This document shows, one piece after another, positions 17,157 to 20,000 of a stretch of 20,000 nucleotides of DNA. The position numbers and the translations under genes are program-made. Positions within the stretch are counted from its first letter, which is position 1, and every line of letters starts with the position of its first letter. The notes below the pieces were generated by a model. The model was not told the origin of the DNA. It was given only the letters and a program-made list of their open reading frames with translations, and did no database searches. Origin of the DNA: an uncultured virus (IMG/VR IMGVR_UViG_3300044675_006580) (taxonomy: Duplodnaviria; Heunggongvirae; Uroviricota; Caudoviricetes); the IMG/VR virus record IMGVR_UViG_3300044675_006580. One strand, written 5' to 3'.

Positions 17157-17176
17157 GCATTACATATTGTATCACA
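17157..17176 (-). promoter_or_regulatory. Extended -10 promoter-like element upstream of the structured leader of the rpf-like gene
   Basis: TGTGATACAATATGTAATGC; near-identical to 3772-3791. Confidence 0.6.
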
Positions 17177-17246
17177 TAGATGATAGTGGTGTTTGTTTTT
17201 AAACTAAACAAGTTGTTCCTTTAGTGTTTTACCTTACAGAATATTA

Positions 17247-17257
17247 TGTGGTATAAT
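17247..17257 (+). promoter_or_regulatory. Divergent extended -10 element TGTGGTATAAT
   Basis: Perfect TG-n-TATAAT in intergenic DNA. Confidence 0.45.
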
Positions 17258-17399
17258 ATTTTACTGTTTGAATTCATATTAGAATTAAGGTATAAACGGA
17301 AAAGGGAATACATTACTTAAATGTAAATATCCCGAAGAACTGTTGGGACAATTCCCCGGGATATTACAAAGACATTGTACTCCTGCGCTTCGTAATAAA

Positions 17400-17696
17400 T
17401 TACGATTCGTTTATAGTACCGAAAGTTAAAGTATTATTAACCTTATCGTCATGAATATTTTGGGCTTCTACGCTGCTATCATTGCTGCTGATAGCATTGT
17501 GAGAAGGAGCTGGATTAACTTTATATACGCCTCTACGAATTTGAGAGAATCTAGTAGGATTCTTTCTGAAGTAGATGTAAACGTTTTGAACAGTGCAACC
17601 AATTTCACTTGCAAGGTCTGCAACAGTTGTTTCAGTTCCTTGGGCATACTTTGTATTGATGAGCTGTTCAATAGCATTCTTTTTTCCTCTTGGCAT
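17400..17696 (-). CDS. Helix-turn-helix DNA-binding protein
   Basis: TVADLASEIGCTVQNVYIY helix-turn-helix followed by an RRGVYKV wing; GAGGAG RBS. Confidence 0.75.
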   Translation of the reverse strand: MPRGKKNAIEQLINTKYAQGTETTVADLASEIGCTVQNVYIYFRKNPTRFSQIRRGVYKVNPAPSHNAISSNDSSVEAQNIHDDKVNNTLTFGTINES

Positions 17697-17889
17697 TTTG
17701 ATACTCCTCTATGAGGTCGTTTGGTTTAATTTGGATTGATTTTAAGTATATAAAGGTATATAATAAAATCGTGTTAACTCTGATATTATTGTCAATATCT
17801 TAAGTTTTTTAGAAACCATCATTACAAACAATATAAGATATATAGTATAAATGAGCCTCAAGGTATATAAATTGAGGGTATTAACAAAA

Positions 17890-18147
17890 TTAGTTTTGAG
17901 ATACGACGATTCCGCGCATCTCAGCAATTATTTTTGTAGCTTCTAAGAGAGCATTAAAGCTCTGCTGAAGAGAAGATAGTCCTAGAATAAATTGATTTAC
18001 TTTGTAGGAATTTCCTGAAGTAAAGTCTAATGTATAGAGGACGTCAGCGAACTGAGAGGACAGCTCGTTGTACTTTTCATAGCCAGATATTAAATCGGCT
18101 TGAACCTCTTGGATTTTAAGATCAAGTTCTAGGGGTAGATTGGTCAT
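17890..18147 (-). CDS. Hypothetical alpha-helical protein
   Basis: 85-aa ORF starting 1 nt after the upstream stop. Confidence 0.6.
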   Translation of the reverse strand: MTNLPLELDLKIQEVQADLISGYEKYNELSSQFADVLYTLDFTSGNSYKVNQFILGLSSLQQSFNALLEATKIIAEMRGIVVSQN

Positions 18148-18148
18148 G

Positions 18149-18598
18149 TTAGAATTTAGCTTTCTGGGTAATTAGGAGTGGATTAGTAGACCATACGGTC
18201 TCTGTTCCTAGTGAGTCATACATGTCAATTGAGCCTTGAATAAGTTCACCTGTATCACTTGCTGTAGTACGAATTGAAGTTCGATATTCGAACTGTCCAT
18301 TTGAGGTGTCTACGATCCATGTAATTCTTTGGTCTTCGCCACGTTGGCGAGCCTTTTGAATTTGAAGAGTTCCATAGGTGGACTTATTTAGGTTTTGAGT
18401 TATCCACAGGAACTGAGTTCCTTTTGAATTAGGGAGATTAACAGATGCATAGCCTCTGTGTTTGGGTAGGTAGATATCATATTTGATATCGTTATAGTGT
18501 AGTGTGTGTATGTCTGAATCGAAATCATATAGAGCGTTATACAATGAATTGTGAACGGCCAATATGGATTCAACCATAGGGGTTTCTAGTTGGGACAT
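18149..18598 (-). CDS. Hypothetical protein
   Basis: 149-aa ORF with an AAAGGA RBS. Confidence 0.7.
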   Translation of the reverse strand: MSQLETPMVESILAVHNSLYNALYDFDSDIHTLHYNDIKYDIYLPKHRGYASVNLPNSKGTQFLWITQNLNKSTYGTLQIQKARQRGEDQRITWIVDTSNGQFEYRTSIRTTASDTGELIQGSIDMYDSLGTETVWSTNPLLITQKAKF

Positions 18599-18634
18599 TA
18601 GTTTCCTTTGCCTTGTTAAAAGAGATTGAATTTG

Positions 18635-18680
18635 ATACTAAAGGGCCAGCCTCCTATATGAAGGGCTAGGAGGCTGACCC
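18635..18680 (-). terminator. Hairpin terminator-like element
   Basis: Minus strand GGGTCAGCCTCCTA...TAGGAGGCTGGCCC followed by TTTAGTAT. Confidence 0.65.
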
Positions 18681-18795
18681 AGTAGCTAAATGATTAAAGT
18701 GTTGTAAATTGCTTAATGACAAGATCAATATGAGTAATATTGAGAGCAGCTAAAGGAGATAAAGCTGACTCTAGTTTACAAGACTTTAATCAAAT

Positions 18796-19002
18796 CTAGT
18801 CTTGTATTTTGTCGGTACCAGAGTCTAATTGGTTAAGAATTTGATCTATCATAGATAGAGAGTTCTCAATTCTTTGATTATCCTCATCGGTACCTAACGG
18901 TTGACCCTGTATTCTTTTAAGATTTATCTTGTAAGAGTTCAGGGATTCCTTGAGAATGTTTAGTTCTTTTGGCTGTAGTATTGTCAAATTATTTAGATTC
19001 AT
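18796..19002 (-). CDS. Hypothetical protein
   Basis: 68-aa ORF. Confidence 0.55.
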   Translation of the reverse strand: MNLNNLTILQPKELNILKESLNSYKINLKRIQGQPLGTDEDNQRIENSLSMIDQILNQLDSGTDKIQD

Positions 19003-19037
19003 TTTAGATTTCCGTCGATAATTTTTTTTTAAATAGA

Positions 19038-19286
19038 TTATTCGTCTTCGTCTGGGAACATCTCATTCCAACATTCGGGGTGAGAACCAGAGATGATTAG
19101 CTCACGATGCTGTTGGGAGAGAGTTGGCCAGATGTTTTGGACGAATCTAGCTTTAGTAAACCAGTCGATATAATCGTTTGGTTCTACGTAGATCCTGTTT
19201 TCTTCACGACAGTGTAGACAGGTATTTCTAATGATTTTGAGTTTGGTATCTGAAGTATCTCTTTGAGTAAAGTTATAGATCTTCAT
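19038..19286 (-). CDS. Small phage protein with a probable Zn site
   Basis: CLHC ... RELIISGSHPECW pattern. Confidence 0.65.
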   Translation of the reverse strand: MKIYNFTQRDTSDTKLKIIRNTCLHCREENRIYVEPNDYIDWFTKARFVQNIWPTLSQQHRELIISGSHPECWNEMFPDEDE

Positions 19287-19293
19287 AATAATA

Positions 19294-19605
19294 TTAGAAG
19301 GCTGAAGAGGCTGCGTAGATGAGGTATGCGAACATGAGTGTTAGCCCAATCGCCGGCAAATAAACTTCCATTGTTACCAATGAGATTAATGCCGAGATAG
19401 TGAATATACCTTCAGCTATAACGTAGCTCTGTAGTGCCTTCTTCTTTCCCTTCTTTGAAGTGAGATAATTGACGGTTCGCCGGCAGGACAAACCTAGCTT
19501 ATGTGATATAGATTCTGATCTAGTATAAGATACTGATACAGGGGGATATAGGGTAGGAGAATATGTCTTCATCATGTCTTTGTTTAAACTGATTGTATTA
19601 GGCAT
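19294..19605 (-). CDS. Membrane protein
   Basis: Two C-terminal hydrophobic helices. ATG at 19605 preferred over the TTG at 19620. Confidence 0.55.
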   Translation of the reverse strand: MPNTISLNKDMMKTYSPTLYPPVSVSYTRSESISHKLGLSCRRTVNYLTSKKGKKKALQSYVIAEGIFTISALISLVTMEVYLPAIGLTLMFAYLIYAASSAF

Positions 19606-19611
19606 TATATG

Positions 19612-19700
19612 TGTGGACAACTATATACTAGTTTATAATATAATAATAAGATATCCCCAGTTAGGGCTGTGGATAGTGTGGATAAACTTGTTGATTAACG
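19612..19700. promoter_or_regulatory. DnaA-box cluster with an AT-rich tract (candidate replication origin)
   Basis: TGTGGACAA at 19612, TGTGGATAG at 19668 and TGTGGATAA at 19677; weaker ATATCCCCA at 19651 and TGTTGATTA at 19689; AT-only stretch 19632-19649. Confidence 0.65.
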
Positions 19701-20000
19701 CTTTTGTACTGGTGTTAGATAACTGTTGTAGAGTTTTTATACTGGGCCCCCACTTGAAAAGGTAGGGTAACAGTACTTTGGTTAACAAAAATTATACATG
19801 TCAGTGCCTATAAGGCAGCTGAGCAGTAGGCATTTGCGCGTAGAACAATAGGGGTAGAACCTATTATGTATACCTATATGGGGTAGTATTATATACTAGG
19901 CAATTATGTGTATTTGCAATGCGGCGATTTGGGATATAGTTTTTAAAATAAAAATCTTTACCAATGCCGAGATAGCAAAAAGGCCGGCGAAGGAGACCAC

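Noticed and set aside
16970..17160. Firm call as a c-di-AMP (ydaO) riboswitch
   Set aside because: The gene context fits, but I could not align the conserved consensus segments by eye. It is kept only as an unclassified structured leader.
17742..17927. 61-aa minus-strand ORF
   Set aside because: It overlaps the 17890-18147 gene and runs through very AT-rich DNA that looks like a promoter region.
18400..18408. Perfect DnaA box TTATCCACA
   Set aside because: It is a single copy inside a coding region and compatible with chance.
4661..19765. Other + strand ORFs and nested alternative-frame ORFs in the track (for example 6144, 6691, 7249, 9314, 9378, 10004, 14141, 14269, 15332, 15733, 16645, 16694, 16981, 17451, 17468, 19574)
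   Set aside because: They overlap better-supported minus-strand genes or structured non-coding regions and show no recognisable motifs.

Overview
AT-rich segment of what appears to be a large bacteriophage genome, with almost every gene on the minus strand and many overlapping stop/start codons. WhiB, an Rpf-like domain and a TTGTCCACA DnaA box point to an actinobacterial host (inference). It carries three tRNAs (Ile2-CAU, Lys-UUU, Leu-UAA), a cold-shock protein, an S8 protease, an SF2 helicase, WhiB, a 2OG-Fe(II) oxygenase-like protein, a two-domain cell-wall hydrolase and a DnaA-box cluster. The highlight is a non-coding array at 11568-12159 of 16 units of about 37 nt (9-nt repeat, 9-nt spacer, 10-nt repeat, 9-nt spacer), the architecture of a dual-repeat TIGR guide-RNA array. 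A nuclease-less IS110/Nop-like protein (TasA-like, 14168-15022) lies 2 kb upstream on the minus strand. Directly downstream is an 846-aa protein with YonO/RdRP-type two-barrel RNA polymerase motifs in an unusual order. All calls come from reading motifs by eye; no database searches were run.
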